A DNA stretch of 64,000 nucleotides. Origin: Mobula hypostoma (lineage: Eukaryota). This document shows, one piece after another, positions 50,470 to 62,891 of this stretch; position 1 is the stretch's first letter, and every line of letters begins with the position of its first letter. The notes beneath the pieces are model-generated. The model saw only the letters and a program-made list of their open reading frames with translations. It was not told the origin of the DNA and did not search any database. The position numbers were made by a program, and so were the translations under genes. The DNA is taken from positions 80,044,001-80,108,000 of the forward strand of contig NC_086108.1 in the NCBI RefSeq assembly GCF_963921235.1, given 5' to 3'.

Positions 50470-51310
50470 AGAACATAAGAAGTAGGATTAGGCTAATTAG
50501 CTTCTCAAGCCTGCTTTGCTGTTCAATATGCTCATGATTGATCTGTCCTAGGCCTCACTCATCAATCATGACTATATTTACCTACTTCCATTTTAAATAT
50601 TCCTAATGATATAGCCTTCATAATCATTGATTATGCAGCACTCCAGAGGTGTATCATCCTCTTTGGAAGTTCCAACATATATCAGTTTTAGATTACTGAA
50701 CCCTCGTACTAGACTGTTCCATAAACAGAAACATCTCAACATATAGGGAACAGCTTTAAGGTTAAAAGGAGACTTATAAAGAAAGTTGTTTTTTTTTTTA
50801 ACACAGAGAGAGTGGTAGTTGTCTGGAACATGTTGCCAAGGGAGGTGGTGGAAACAGACACAGTAGCAATGTTCGAGGTATATAGACAGGCACCTAACAG
50901 GCAGGCAGGGAATTGGCAGGCACAACACAGGCAGGGAATGTAGACTATGCACAGCAGCGTGCAGTTTAAAAAGGTTCCATTGTTGGCATGAATATCGTGG
51001 GCCGAAGAGCCTGTTCCTGTACTTTACTGTTTCATGATCTAATATAGATAAAAATACAGATGTAATTTCCTCAGCAGCTCATGATGGAACACCTCTTATC
51101 ACGGGAGTTATCCTCGTGAATCACTCTTGGACCGACTCCAATGCCAGTATTTCCTTTTGGAAATAAGGTAACTATAACTGTGCACAATACTCCAAGTGCT
51201 ACTTAACCAGTATATTGTTCAATTATAAGTATATTTCTGTCTCAGAACACCAACTCTTTAGCAATACAGGCCAATGTACCATTTGCCTTCCTGAGTTCCT
51301 GCTGCATCTA
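50470..51310. mobile_element. CR1 fragments (minus, with a plus-strand 3' end at 50745-51040)
   Basis: GGGCCGAAGAGCCTGTTCCTGTAC tail; ACACAGAGAGAGTGGTAG. Confidence 0.6.
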
Positions 51311-51489
51311 AGTTAGGGATTGTGAATGTGAATATGAGAGGAGGGAAGCGTGGTGAAGCTCCAGAGTATAGTGAGGAAGGAGAGTTTGCTGGGTGGCATG
51401 AAGGCTATGGTTTAGCTGTGAATAGAAAGCTGCAAGCAAACAAGCATAGAGCAGCATTCTTAATAGCTCGTGTCAGATCATTAATAACA

Positions 51490-52025
51490 TACGCTTGGTG
51501 GCCACACCTGTACACCTGCTTGTTAATGCAATCATCAGCTAATCATGTGGCAGTAATTCAATGTATAAAAGCATGCAGACATGGTCAGACTAAACATCAG
51601 AGTGGGCAAAAGATGTGATCTAAGTGAATTTGATTGTGGAATGACTGTTGGAACCAGGTGGGGTGGTTTGAGTATCTCAGAAACTGATGATCTCCTGAGG
51701 TTTTCACGTACAAGTTTCTCGAGTTTACAGAGAATGGTTCAAAAAACAAAAAAAGCATCCAGTGAGTGGTGGTTCTGTTTACAAAAACACTTCTTAATGA
51801 GAGAGGTCTGAGGAGAATGACCAGACTGGTTCGAGCTGACAGGAAGGAGATAGTAACTCAAATAATCATGTGTTACATTAGCAGAGTGCAGAAGAGCATC
51901 TCTGAATGCACAACATGTAAAACCTTGAAGTGGATGGGTACAGCAGCAAAAGACCATAAGCCATACACTCAGTGGCCACTTTATTAGGTGCAGCAGGTAC
52001 TTAATAAAGTGATTCACTGAGTGTA
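51490..52025 (+). mobile_element. Tc1-family non-autonomous transposon
   Basis: ADRKEIVTQII...QKSISECTTCKTLKWMG. Terminal TIR-TIR hairpin at 51964-52025 ending in TA. Confidence 0.85.
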
Positions 52026-54004
52026 CCTTATTGATGTCTACAGTTAAATGTCTAAATTAATCTCATGCCTCTTGAGTTAGTGGCCGACTGTGGTCTATAA
52101 CACATATGCAGTGTCTACCCCAGGGAGCCATACAGGTTTTTGACTCCACTATCCAGGAGGTCTCCTAAATCATCAGTATCAGGATTTGAAACACTTATCG
52201 GTATCAGATTAAAACTGCCCCACGAAGATCAGTCTTCTAAGCAAATACATGAGTATTAAGTTGTTATTCCTTTTTTTTTGCACTACTTATTTTTGTAATT
52301 CATGGTAATTTTTGTCTTTGCACTGTACTGCTGCTACAAAATAACAAATATCAACAACATTATATATGTCAGTGATAAGCTTGATTCTGAGATGTAATAT
52401 ATAATTAAAATCTAAATAAGTGATAGGGTAAATCGTACTTTGTCACTGGCCTCAAAGAAAGCTCTCACAAGTATCTAGTGACCTGTGTAAGGACTTCCCA
52501 TATTCTGTATTGGTTACTTCCACCCTGGTGATCCCTGGCATCCAGTAACAGTGATATGATCCAGATGGGTGAGCTACCAGCCACACTAAGGAATTCTTAC
52601 AGACAGCAAACTGGAAAATAAGAGGCAACATTTTCAAAAGATGATTAAAATAACGAAATATCACAGACACACTTGCAAAAATAAAACTGATTATTCATCT
52701 GAGGGAATTACAATCCATACATAAATTTAGTTTTGGAGGGCCCAATAATTCCTTCGGCAGTACTGCTTAGTTGGGCAATAATGTTTAGTAAATTATTTAA
52801 ACCATTACACTTTTTAAGAGTGTATGTAGCAATTTCAATGTTTTTCACATCATATGAAGCTTGCAGGTCCCTGGTTTTCATTACTTCACTGATTTAATAA
52901 GATTACTTTCAATGAGAAAAGCTGCAAAATGTCTTAAAGAGGAGCAAAAATCTCTGGCACTAATTTCTGAATTTCCCCATTTAACTTCACACATGCCTAC
53001 TCCATGGTTACGGCAGCCTTGCTGTCAAAGTCTAAGCCACTTAGTTTCGAAAGAGAGCTACTTGCAATAAATTATCCCCCAGAACAGCACAACATCAAGT
53101 TACCTCACCTCTCTGTTCTCCTGATACTGTAAAGTTATTTCCCCAACCAAAACAATATGCTCAGGTTATCAGTTTAATTCTTTAACAGCATCTTCAAAGA
53201 AAACTGCAAAAACACATCCAGAGCAGTCTCAGTCTTTGACCATCAATTGGAAAGGAGGAGCAGGAATACCTCAATCGGCCCTTCAAGCATTTCTGCCATT
53301 TAATACAATACTGGCTGATTCTTTATCGCAACACCATTATTAATCGTTCTTCCCCTATGCATTTTCTTAAATGTATTCAGCAACTTAGCCTCTACGGCCT
53401 TCTAGCTCTGAGCAAATAAATTTCACCAAGCAGTCATATTGTAAATTCCCCCACTAGCTAGCTGCACCATCTTCTCTGCATCCAGCCCTTTGAGCACTGT
53501 CAGAATCTCCTAAGTCTCAGTGAGATCTCCTTTCTTCTTTCAAAACTCCAGAGCTAATCTTATTGACAAAAGAAATAAGGCTCTGTCATTACCCCAGCAT
53601 TCTTTTCAGTTTTTTTAGTGTAACATTGTACCTTATCTCCAAAAAACCTCTTGCAGGAGTAGAGCTAATTTCCATAACTAATTGAAAGCTGTTTAAGTGA
53701 CAGAATCATTACTCCAGAATCAAGGCCACCCATATCTCAGTGGTCAAGTATCAGACTGCAGAGAACATTTACATTTATACATGTTCATGAAGCTTGTTGG
53801 CTTAATCCCAGCAGGGTGTGAAGATGTGCCTTAAATTTAATATGTAGAAGACAAAGGCCATCTACCAACCTGTACCTGCTGCACCATATTGACCCATGAC
53901 TATAAAAGTTCATGTTGAGATGATGGAAAACATGGATTATTTCCCATATCTTGGGAACCACCTCTCAACAAAGACAACATGAATGAGTTAACACACCACC
54001 ACCT

Positions 54005-56360
54005 TCAGAATCAGATTCAGAAATCAAGCTTATTATCACTGACATATGTTGTGAAATTTGTTCTTTTGCAGCAGTACTGCTCAATACATAAAAATTATAA
54101 ATTCCAGAAAGAATATGTAATAAATAAATACATTGTGGATAAAAAATGAGCAAAATATTGAGGTTGGGTTCATGGGTTCATGGAGTGTTCAGAAATCTGA
54201 TGGCAGAGAGAAAGAAGTTGTTCCTAAAACAGTGAGTGTGGGTCTTCAGGCTCCGATACCTCCTTAATGATGGTAATAATGAGAAAAGGGCATGTCCTGG
54301 ATGGTGAGGATGTTTCTTGGTGGATGCTACTTTCTTGAGGCATTGTCTATTAAAGATGTCTTCCATGATGGGGGTCTTGTGCCCATGATGAAGCTGGCTG
54401 AGTTTACGGTCCCTACAGCTTTTTCCAATCCTGTGCATTGGCATCTCCATGTTAGACGGTGATGCAACCAGTCAGGAATGCTCTGTATGGTACATCCGTA
54501 GAACTCTGCCCAAGTCTTCGGTCTTACCAAATCTTCCCAAATTCCTTATGAAATACAGCCAATGACATGCCTTCGTAACTGTGTCAGTATGTTGGGCCCA
54601 GGATAGATCTTCAGAGATGTTGACAGCCAAAAGCTTGAAACTACAGGTGTCCCCCGCTTTTTGAACGTTCACTTTACAAAGCCTCACTGTTATGAAAGAC
54701 CTACATTAGTACCCTGTTTTCGCTTTCAGAAGGTGTTTTCACTGTTATGAAGAAAGGCAGCGTGTGATAAAAAATCAGCGCGCGATAAAAGGCAGCGCGT
54801 GCCCCGAGCAGCCGCTCTGCCCCGGATTCGGAACGGCATTGCTTTAACACGTTGCATTGAGCAGCCGTTAGCAAGATGAGTTCTAAGGTGTCGGAAAAGC
54901 CTGAAAGAGTAAGGGTGTTGCACTTAGCGTAAAACTAGACATAATTAAGCGTTTCAATCGTGGTGAACGAAGTAAGGACAAAGTGAGTTTGGCTTGTGGA
55001 AGTTGACGAAGATGATGTTGAAGAGGTTTTGGCATCCCATGACCAAGAACTGATAGATGAAGAGCTGACGCAATTGGAAGAGGAAAGGATAACAATTGAA
55101 ACCGAATGCAACCGAATGCAGAAAGTGAAGCAACTGCGTGAGATTTTCACTGCAATGATAAAATAGGACTTTAATTTTGAAAGGGTACGTAGGTTTAGGG
55201 GATATTTGCAGGATGGTTTGAGTGCTTACAAACAACTGTATGATAGAAAAATGCACGAGGCTCAGCAGTCAAGCAAGCCTTCCATATCAGCCACAGCAGA
55301 TGACGAACCTCAACCTTCGACATCGAGGCGGGCAGTCATAGGAGAAGATGAGCTGCCTGCCCTGATCGATGATGAGATGACACCCCCGTGTCCCACCACC
55401 CCAACACCCAGGCCGCGGACAGATACTGTACCGATTCACGGAGAATGCAGCAGTAGCCGGGAGGCACACAGCACATCTTTAAGAAAAAAGCCGAAATAAA
55501 CATGCTAATTAATTAGGTGCTGCCTAGCATGTAATTGTCGGCCCAGATCAGAGGCGATGCAATCGGCAATCGCCTTTGATCTGTGCCGACATTTACGTGC
55601 CGGGCAGCACCTCATTAATTAGCATGTTTATTTCAGCTTTTTTTCTTAACGATGTGCTGTGTGCCTCCTGGCTACCCCTGCGTGCTTTGCAGCAATGTAT
55701 CGGGTCGGTGGCCCATAGGGTGGGGTCCACTGCACCACCCAGCCTGCGACGACTCAGTCTAACACACCATCATCAGTGTGCTCGGCGCTGTTTTCCCAAT
55801 TCTGGTAAGTGATACTACACTGTACATACATTATTTCTACTTTATATAGGCTGTGTATTTCTATGTGTTATCTGGTAGATTTGGCAGCTTCATAGTTTAA
55901 AGGTTACTGGAGAGCGCGTTTATGCCAACAGCGCTTGCGTGAGATTTTCTGCCGAGAGCGCTTGCATGAGATTTTCACTACGGAGATCTGCGCAGGCAAT
56001 CATTGTAGAGAAGTATTTCTACTTTATATAGGCTGTGTATTTATCATATCATTCCTGCTTTTACTACATGTTACTGTTATTTTAGGATTTATGTGTTATT
56101 TGGCATGATTTGGTAGGATATTTTTGGGTCTGCGAACACTCACAAAATTTTCCCATATAAATAAATGGTAATTGCTTCTTCGCTTTACGACATTTCGGCT
56201 TACAAACTATTTCATAGGAACGCTCTACCTTCGGATGGCAGGGGAAACCTGTACTCACATTTTCCAATGCTGACCTGTTGATGAGAAATGCTGTGTATTA
56301 CCCTGATTTTTCCTTCCCGAGTCCACAATCAAATCCATGGTCTTACTGACAGTAAGGTTG
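54005..56360 (-). mobile_element. Rex1-Babar 3' fragment split by a Tigger element
   Basis: ISEDLSWAQH, HHPGHALFSLLPS, FRNNFF..AIRFLN; continues at 56254. Confidence 0.8.
54644..56251 (+). mobile_element. Tigger/pogo DNA transposon, internally deleted
   Basis: TA-CAGGTGTCCCC...GGGGAAACCTG-TA. CENP-B-like N-terminus (KGVALSVKLDIIKRFNRGER) fused to acidic C-terminus (EVDEDDVEEVLASHDQELIDEEL); DDE domain absent. Confidence 0.88.
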
Positions 56361-56439
56361 TTCGGTGTGCCAACACAGGCTTTGGTTGACTGAAGAAAAG
56401 GGGTGTTTCAAGATCAAACTGATAGTGTTGGCACAAAGC

Positions 56440-56720
56440 GTATGGTCTAATGGGCATCAGTGATCCCTGCCCTGTGTGTCTGAGATCTTTAGTATCAACA
56501 GCAGACGCTTCAATGCACTAGGAACACACCAGCAACCCTGTCTCAACAAAATCCCTGAAATGCTGGATGAACAAATGAACATCAGTGTCTTCCTCCAAGT
56601 CAACATACACAGCATTAAGGCTCTAGTTACACTAATTTGGCAAACTAGAGGAGGAGCATTCAGGATGGTATTCCAAACCAAAGGACATGCATTAGGAGCA
56701 CACGGATGGAAGTTTGAGGT
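56440..56720 (+). mobile_element. Old RTE-clade RT C-terminal remnant
   Basis: HQQPCLNKI...NISVFLQVNIHSIKALVT resembles the RTE RT C-terminus (HxRCLRKI...TNxxVL..ANxxSI). Confidence 0.5.
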
Positions 56721-57499
56721 ACAGCCATCAGGATTCAATATTGAATTCAACAATAGCATGAATTTATTTTTCTGAAAGAACTGATCAGTCCCACTACAAG
56801 CAGAAGGATCACACCACCTCACGAACCATTCACCTTCCAGCCCATCAACCCTCTATGACAGAGTCTGCAGCTCCTTTGACACTTCAGAAGCCACAGAATT
56901 GAGTGAAAGTCAAAAGCCTTCTAAAAATTCAAATACACTACATAATTTTACTGCCACTCTGAATTATCTGCCTGTGGTTTTCTGCATTGTTCCAACAAGG
57001 TTCAATATAAGCTTGAGGAATAGTACTTAATCATTTGTAAAGCCTTGCGGACTCAATATTGAATTCAACATCATTACTTACCCCTTCAAAAAGAACTGAC
57101 CAGTTCTGCTGCAAGATTATCCACCTGCAATATTAATCCAGGCTTTATCTCTCCAAAGTCAGAGATTTCCCATATTCTCAGTTTGGTTCCTGGGCTCAGT
57201 AACAGCCCTGACCTGCACTTCACAGCTTTTATGGACCACTTTCTTTGTTTACGTGCTCTCTCACACTCTTTATCTCTAAGATGTCGGATCATTTGGATAT
57301 CCCTGGCCTCAGTTTAGCAGAGATTTTTTTTTTGTCTTACTCATCTCTCCCTAGTTCTCTTGGTAGCTTATAATTTGTTTTCTCTTTTTCCCAGTCTTCA
57401 CCCAGAAATGTTAACTCTGGGTCTTTTCACTGATGCCGGTTGACTTACTGATCTCCTCCAACACTTGTTTTTTTTTATTATTAATGCACCACATCCACT

Positions 57500-58100
57500 A
57501 TTTCTCCATTATCTTTTCAACCAGTTACATCTTGAAAAGTTGCAGTAATTTGTTAAAAATAATTTCCCTTTCCTGAATCCATGTCAACTTCAACTAACCT
57601 CTTTGAAGTGTCCTGCTATGACATTCTTTGTGACAGGTGCCTAATATTTTCCCTAACTTAACTGGTAATTCACCTTTCTCCTTCCTTCCTTTTTGAAATA
57701 ATGGGGTTACACTTGCCATTCTCCAGTTTGCAGTAATCATGCCACAATATACAGGATTTTGAAAGAGGAAAAGAAAACTACTGTTTGCAGGTGAATCCTT
57801 TTGGTAAGCCGGGATGCAGACAATTTAACCCTGGGGAATTATTGGCTTTCACTTCCATCAATTTTTTTAACATTATTTAGTTTTACTAATACAGAGTTCC
57901 TTTAATTCCTACTGCTTGTGAGAGTTTCGGTTGTTTAGCCTTTCGGTGAAGACAGAACCAAATGGTTTGTTTAATTGCTGTTGTTTTTTCATTCCATCTT
58001 AGCTGTCTATTAGAAACCTATATTTGTCTTCATTATTTTTCTTTTTATATTCTTGGAGGTTTTCAGTTTACTTTTAGGCCCTTTGCAAGTTTACTCTAGT
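57500..58100 (-). mobile_element. Old CR1 fragment
   Basis: Degenerate match to 30730-31480. Confidence 0.55.
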
Positions 58101-58159
58101 ACTTTAGATTGCTAAGACATACACTAATACAGATTATAATGAATTATTCTTCCTCTCTC

Positions 58160-58665
58160 AGAAACTGCACAGTGGTGGACAGGAAAGCTTTACAATGGGT
58201 AGTCAAAAAGGCCAGCACAACACTGGAACCAGCCTACCCTCATATGTACAGAAAGGTACTGGAAAAAGGTTAGGCAATATCATGAAGGATCCCACCCACC
58301 CTGCTCATGAACTATTTGTCACACTCCCATAAGGGACAAGGCTATGTAGCATCCATGCCAGGACTGCCAGACTCAAAAACAGTTACCTTCCCCAAGCAGT
58401 AAGGCTGATCAACACCTCCATCCACTAACCCATCCCACCACCACGTTATAATTTGCTGTCAGAGTTACCTTATGTACAGACACTCCGGTACCTAGCATCT
58501 CTTTATGTACAGTACATATAATCAATGTATATAAGATAACTTATGTATTTATATTTATCTTAATTTGTTTTTATATGCAGTAATGGATCCAGAGAACAAT
58601 TGCTTCGTTCTCCTTTACATTTGTTTATGAGAAACGACATTAAACAATCTTGAATCTTTAATCTC
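58160..58665 (+). mobile_element. Rex1-Babar 3' end
   Basis: IMKDPTHPAHELFVTLP...RLKNSYLPQAVRLIN + tail shared with 34690-34910. Confidence 0.75.
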
Positions 58666-60455
58666 TTGAAAGTATCTTTTTTCATACACTAGTTCTGTAG
58701 ATTGCTGTGACATAAATCTTTAATGGATTTCCATTCTCCTGCTGCATTATATCTAAATAACAGGAATAGTTTGCTTTAAAATGTGCCTGATAATTTTATT
58801 TTGTTTCTCCCCAAATGTGCCTTTATTAGTGTATGAGAGTTGGCGTCAGTGGCCCTTTAAGTATGAGTTTACAAAGGAAGTTTATTTATGAAACAGAATG
58901 TTCGAGACAAATTGGTAGAGAGCAGCATGAACTGCAGGAGTCAGCAGTTAGGCTTGACTGCTCTACGTGGGTGGGCTGCTGGTTCAACCACCCTGATTTC
59001 CCTGTGCATACTGAATGACCCTGACTTATTAATCTCCATGTCTTTAAGACTTGTCTATCTGGTGCAGTTCCTGCCCTAGCCCCCTCCTCCCAACACACAG
59101 CTCCAGATCCAGAAGCCCACTCTCACCTCCCAAACCAGTTTCATTACTTTTTATTTGTATCACTTTTGGCTTCACTGACCACCAGGATAACACAGAAACA
59201 CACTGTGTTCATTCTTTCACATTTCTCTGTGTGGATTCCAACAGTGGAGTCACATCAAAACAAATACATCCAAACAGAGAAGGAAATTAAAGGGAAATTG
59301 TAGTTACTAAAATCAGTCACTGTCACAGTGTTTATTGAATGGAATAAATTGATGCACAGCCCCTTTCAGTTATAATATTTTGTTTATATTTCATGACAAT
59401 TAATTTGCTGGTTAAAGGCAGATTGATCAAAGGTAATTATGTGGAACTCCTTATCGCAGTGATGCCGAGGCCTGAATTTTCCTCAGCGGTGAAGTCTGCA
59501 TTGGGTTTTCTGGTTGCTGCTTTAACCATGGCATATTGTTTTGTTCTGGTATTATTCCAGCAGTTTAGAGTGAGCTCCCAAAACTGAGTCCCATTGAGAA
59601 CCCAATCAGTCAAATCAATTTTAGATACAGATCCTTGAATGTTGAACTTTGCACTTGTTCTCCCACTGATGGCTAGATTCTGAAATGTACTGTTAAACCA
59701 GATGACCCCAGTGCTACGTTAACGGTTTCCTTGGGGCTGCAGAGACACATCATGGCTCATTGCTCTATTACTCATGAGTACTAGACTGGTTGATAAAGAT
59801 GTCAGCATGTTGCCACAATAGCACAATCGGCTTCCTTTTTTCAGTCCCCCTCTCCCATACATACACTGAAAATTTCATTTATCAATTCAACTTATCTTAC
59901 TTCTTATTTTGGTATCCCTTGCAAATGGATAAGCTATCCCTAGGAGTTGTAAAACGTAGAACAGTACAGCACAGTACAGGCCCTTCAGCCCATGATGTTG
60001 TGTCAACCTTTTAACCTACTCCAGGATCAATCTCACCTTTCCCTCTTACATATCCTTTCTTTTCATCCATGTGCCTATCCACCAGCCTCCTAAATGTCCT
60101 TAATGTATCCATCTCTACCACCAACTGTGGCAGCACATTCCATGCACCTACCAACCTCTGTGTTAAAAAAAACCTACCTGGCACCACCCCCCCCCCCAAA
60201 ACTGCTGCCCAATCACCTTAAAATAATGCCCACTGGCATTAACTGTCAACTCTACCAATGCCTCATATTATACATATGAATCAGGTCACCTGTCATCATC
60301 TCTTACTCCAAAGAGAAAAGCCTAGCTCACTCAACCTCTCCTCATAAGACACATTCTCTAATCCAGGCAAAGTTCTGATAAATCTCCTCAGCACTCTCTC
60401 TGAAGTTTCTACACTCTTATAATGAGGCAACAGAACCAAACAACGTACTCTAAGT

Positions 60456-60709
60456 CCTTCCTAGCGTGTCGCACCAGACAGCCAGCCATTCTTGTCTGGT
60501 GCGTAGTGTCAGGATTGGCCTCCTTTCGGATTAACCGGGTCACGATATGAACGTTCCAGACTCAACCCTTTTTTTCTGAGGCCGAGTGGCTAGCTCGACG
60601 CTCAACCCGGCATGGATGGAAAGCGTGCTTGGGGGGTGGCCTGACTTGGATTCGAACTCAGGAGCCTTCGCTCCGAAGTCCGGCGCTGATCCCACTGCGC
60701 CACCAGCCG
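60456..60709 (-). mobile_element. Young tRNA-derived SINE with 11-bp TSD
   Basis: A box TGGCGCAGTGG, B box GTTCGAATCC, GACTTCGGA anticodon-loop-like segment. TSD GTACTCTAAGT at 60445-60455 and 60710-60720. Confidence 0.88.
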
Positions 60710-61138
60710 GTACTCTAAGTGTGGTCTAACCATGGCTTTATAGAGCTGCAACATTTGCTCATAGCTCTTGAACTCAGTCTCCTAATAAAGGCCAACACAC
60801 CGTACACGTTCTCTACAACCCTCATCAACTTGTGTACCAACTTTGAAGGATAAATGGTAGTGAACTCCAAGATCTGTCTGTTCCTCCACCCTGCCATTAA
60901 CCCTGTATCAATTTCAACCTTCCAAGTGCATAACTTTAGATTTTTCCAGTTTGAACTCCATCTGCCACTTCTCAGCCCAGCTCCGATTCCTATCAATTCC
61001 TTAACCTACAACAACTTTCTACACTATCCGTAACATCACCAACCATTGTGCCATCTGAAAACTTACAACCCACCTTCCCACTTCCTCAAAGTTGCTGGTG
61101 AACGCAGCAGGCCAAGCAGCATCTATAGGAAGAGGTAC

Positions 61139-61174
61139 AGTCGACGTTTCAGGCCGAGACCCTTCGTCAGGACT
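61139..61174 (-). ncRNA. Minimal type-I hammerhead ribozyme (intact core)
   Basis: Exact reverse complement of 62307-62342. Confidence 0.8.
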
Positions 61175-62306
61175 AACTGAAGGAAGAGTGAGTAAGGGAT
61201 TTGAAAGCTGGAGGGGGAGGGGGAGATGCAAAATGATAGGAGAAGACAGGAGGGGGAGGGATGGAGCCGAGAGCTGGACAGGTGATAGGCAGAAGGGGAT
61301 ACGAGAGGATCATGGGACAGGAGGTCCGGGAAGAAAGACGGGGGGGGGTGACCCAGAGGATGGGCAAGAGGTATATTCAGAGGGACAGAGGGAGAAAAAG
61401 GAGAGCGAGAGAAAGAATGTGTGCATTAAAAAGAGTAACAGATGGGGTACGAGGGGGAGGTGGGGCCTAGCGGAAGTTAGAGAAGTCAATGTTCATGCCA
61501 TCAGGTTGGAGGCTACCCAGACGGAATATAAGGTGTTGTTCCTCCAACCTGAGTGTGGCTTCATCTTTACAGTAGAGGAGGCCGTGGATAGACATGTCAG
61601 AATGGGAATGGGATGTGGAATTAAAATGTGTGGCCACTGGGAGATCCTGCTTTCTCTGGCGGACAGAGCGTAGATGTTCAGCAAAGCGGTCTCCCAGTCT
61701 GCGTCGGGTCTCACCAATATATAAAAGGCCACGTCCGGTGCTCCCGATGTGGCCTTTTATATATTGGTGAGACCCGACGCAGACTGGGAGACCGCTTTGC
61801 TGAACATCTACGCTCTGTCCGCCAGAGAAAGCAGGATCTCCCAGTGGCCACACATTTTAATTCCACATCCCATTCCCATTCTGACATGTCTATCCACGGC
61901 CTCCTCTACTGTAAAGATGAAGCCACACTCAGGTTGGAGGAACAACACCTTATATTCTGTCTGGGTAGCCTCCAACCTGATGGCATGAACATTGACTTCT
62001 CTAACTTCCGCTAGGCCCCACCTCCCCCTCGTACCCCATCTGTTACTCTTTTTAATGCACACATTCTTTCTCTCGCTCTCCTTTTTCTCCCTCTGTCCCT
62101 CTGAATATACCTCTTGCCCATCCTCTGGGTCACCCCCCCCCGTCTTTCTTCCCGGACCTCCTGTCCCATGATCCTCTCGTATCCCCTTCTGCCTATCACC
62201 TGTCCAGCTCTCGGCTCCATCCCTCCCCCTCCTGTCTTCTCCTATCATTTTGCATCTCCCCCTCCCCCTCCAGCTTTCAAATCCCTTACTCACTCTTCCT
62301 TCAGTT

Positions 62307-62342
62307 AGTCCTGACGAAGGGTCTCGGCCTGAAACGTCGACT
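62307..62342 (+). ncRNA. Minimal type-I hammerhead ribozyme (intact core)
   Basis: AGTC-CTGACGA-AGGgtctcggCCT-GAAAC-GTC-GACT; predicted cleavage after 62338. Confidence 0.8.
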
Positions 62343-62891
62343 GTACCTCTTCCTATAGATGCTGCTTGGCCTGCTGCGTTCACCAGCAACTTTGATGTAT
62401 GTTGCTTGAATTTCCAGCATCTGCAGAATTCCTGTTGTTTCCCACTTCCTCATTGTCATTTATAAAAATCATTAGGAGCAAGGGTACCTGAACAAATCCC
62501 TGCAGAACACCTTTGGTCACTGACCTCTAGGCAGAAAAGTCTCCATCAATTATTGCACAAGCCACTTTTAGAATCCACGCAGCCATGCCTCTTGACTTTC
62601 TGAATTAACCTGCTACGGGGGACCTTGTTGAACGCCTTACTAAAATCCATACCCACATCCACTGCTCTACCTTCATCAATATGTTTTATGACTTCTTCAA
62701 AGAATTCAATCAGGCTCATGAGGCATGACCTACCCCTCACAAAGCAATGTTAACTATCCCTAATTAGACTTGCTTCTCCAAATGTTCGTAAAACCTGTCT
62801 CTAAGAATCCTCTTCAGAAGTTTGCCCATCAATGATGTAAGACTCACTAGTCTATAATTTCCAGGATTATCCCTATTACCTTTCTTAAACT

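Larger units (their letters stand above)
61086..62438. mobile_element. Young inverted (palindromic) Penelope-like element insertion with 14-bp TSD
   Basis: Arms 61086-61732 and 61749-62395, 16-nt spacer, 43-nt tail. GIY-YIG C-terminus CSRCGLLYIGETRRRLGDRFAEH...HFN...EQHLIF.LGSLQPDGMN. TSD TTCCCACTTCCTCA at 61075-61088 and 62439-62452. Confidence 0.95.

Noticed and set aside
61092..62389. Twin identical 193-aa ORFs on opposite strands
   Set aside because: Antisense or chance frames duplicated by the palindrome; the real coding remnant is the GIY-YIG frame.
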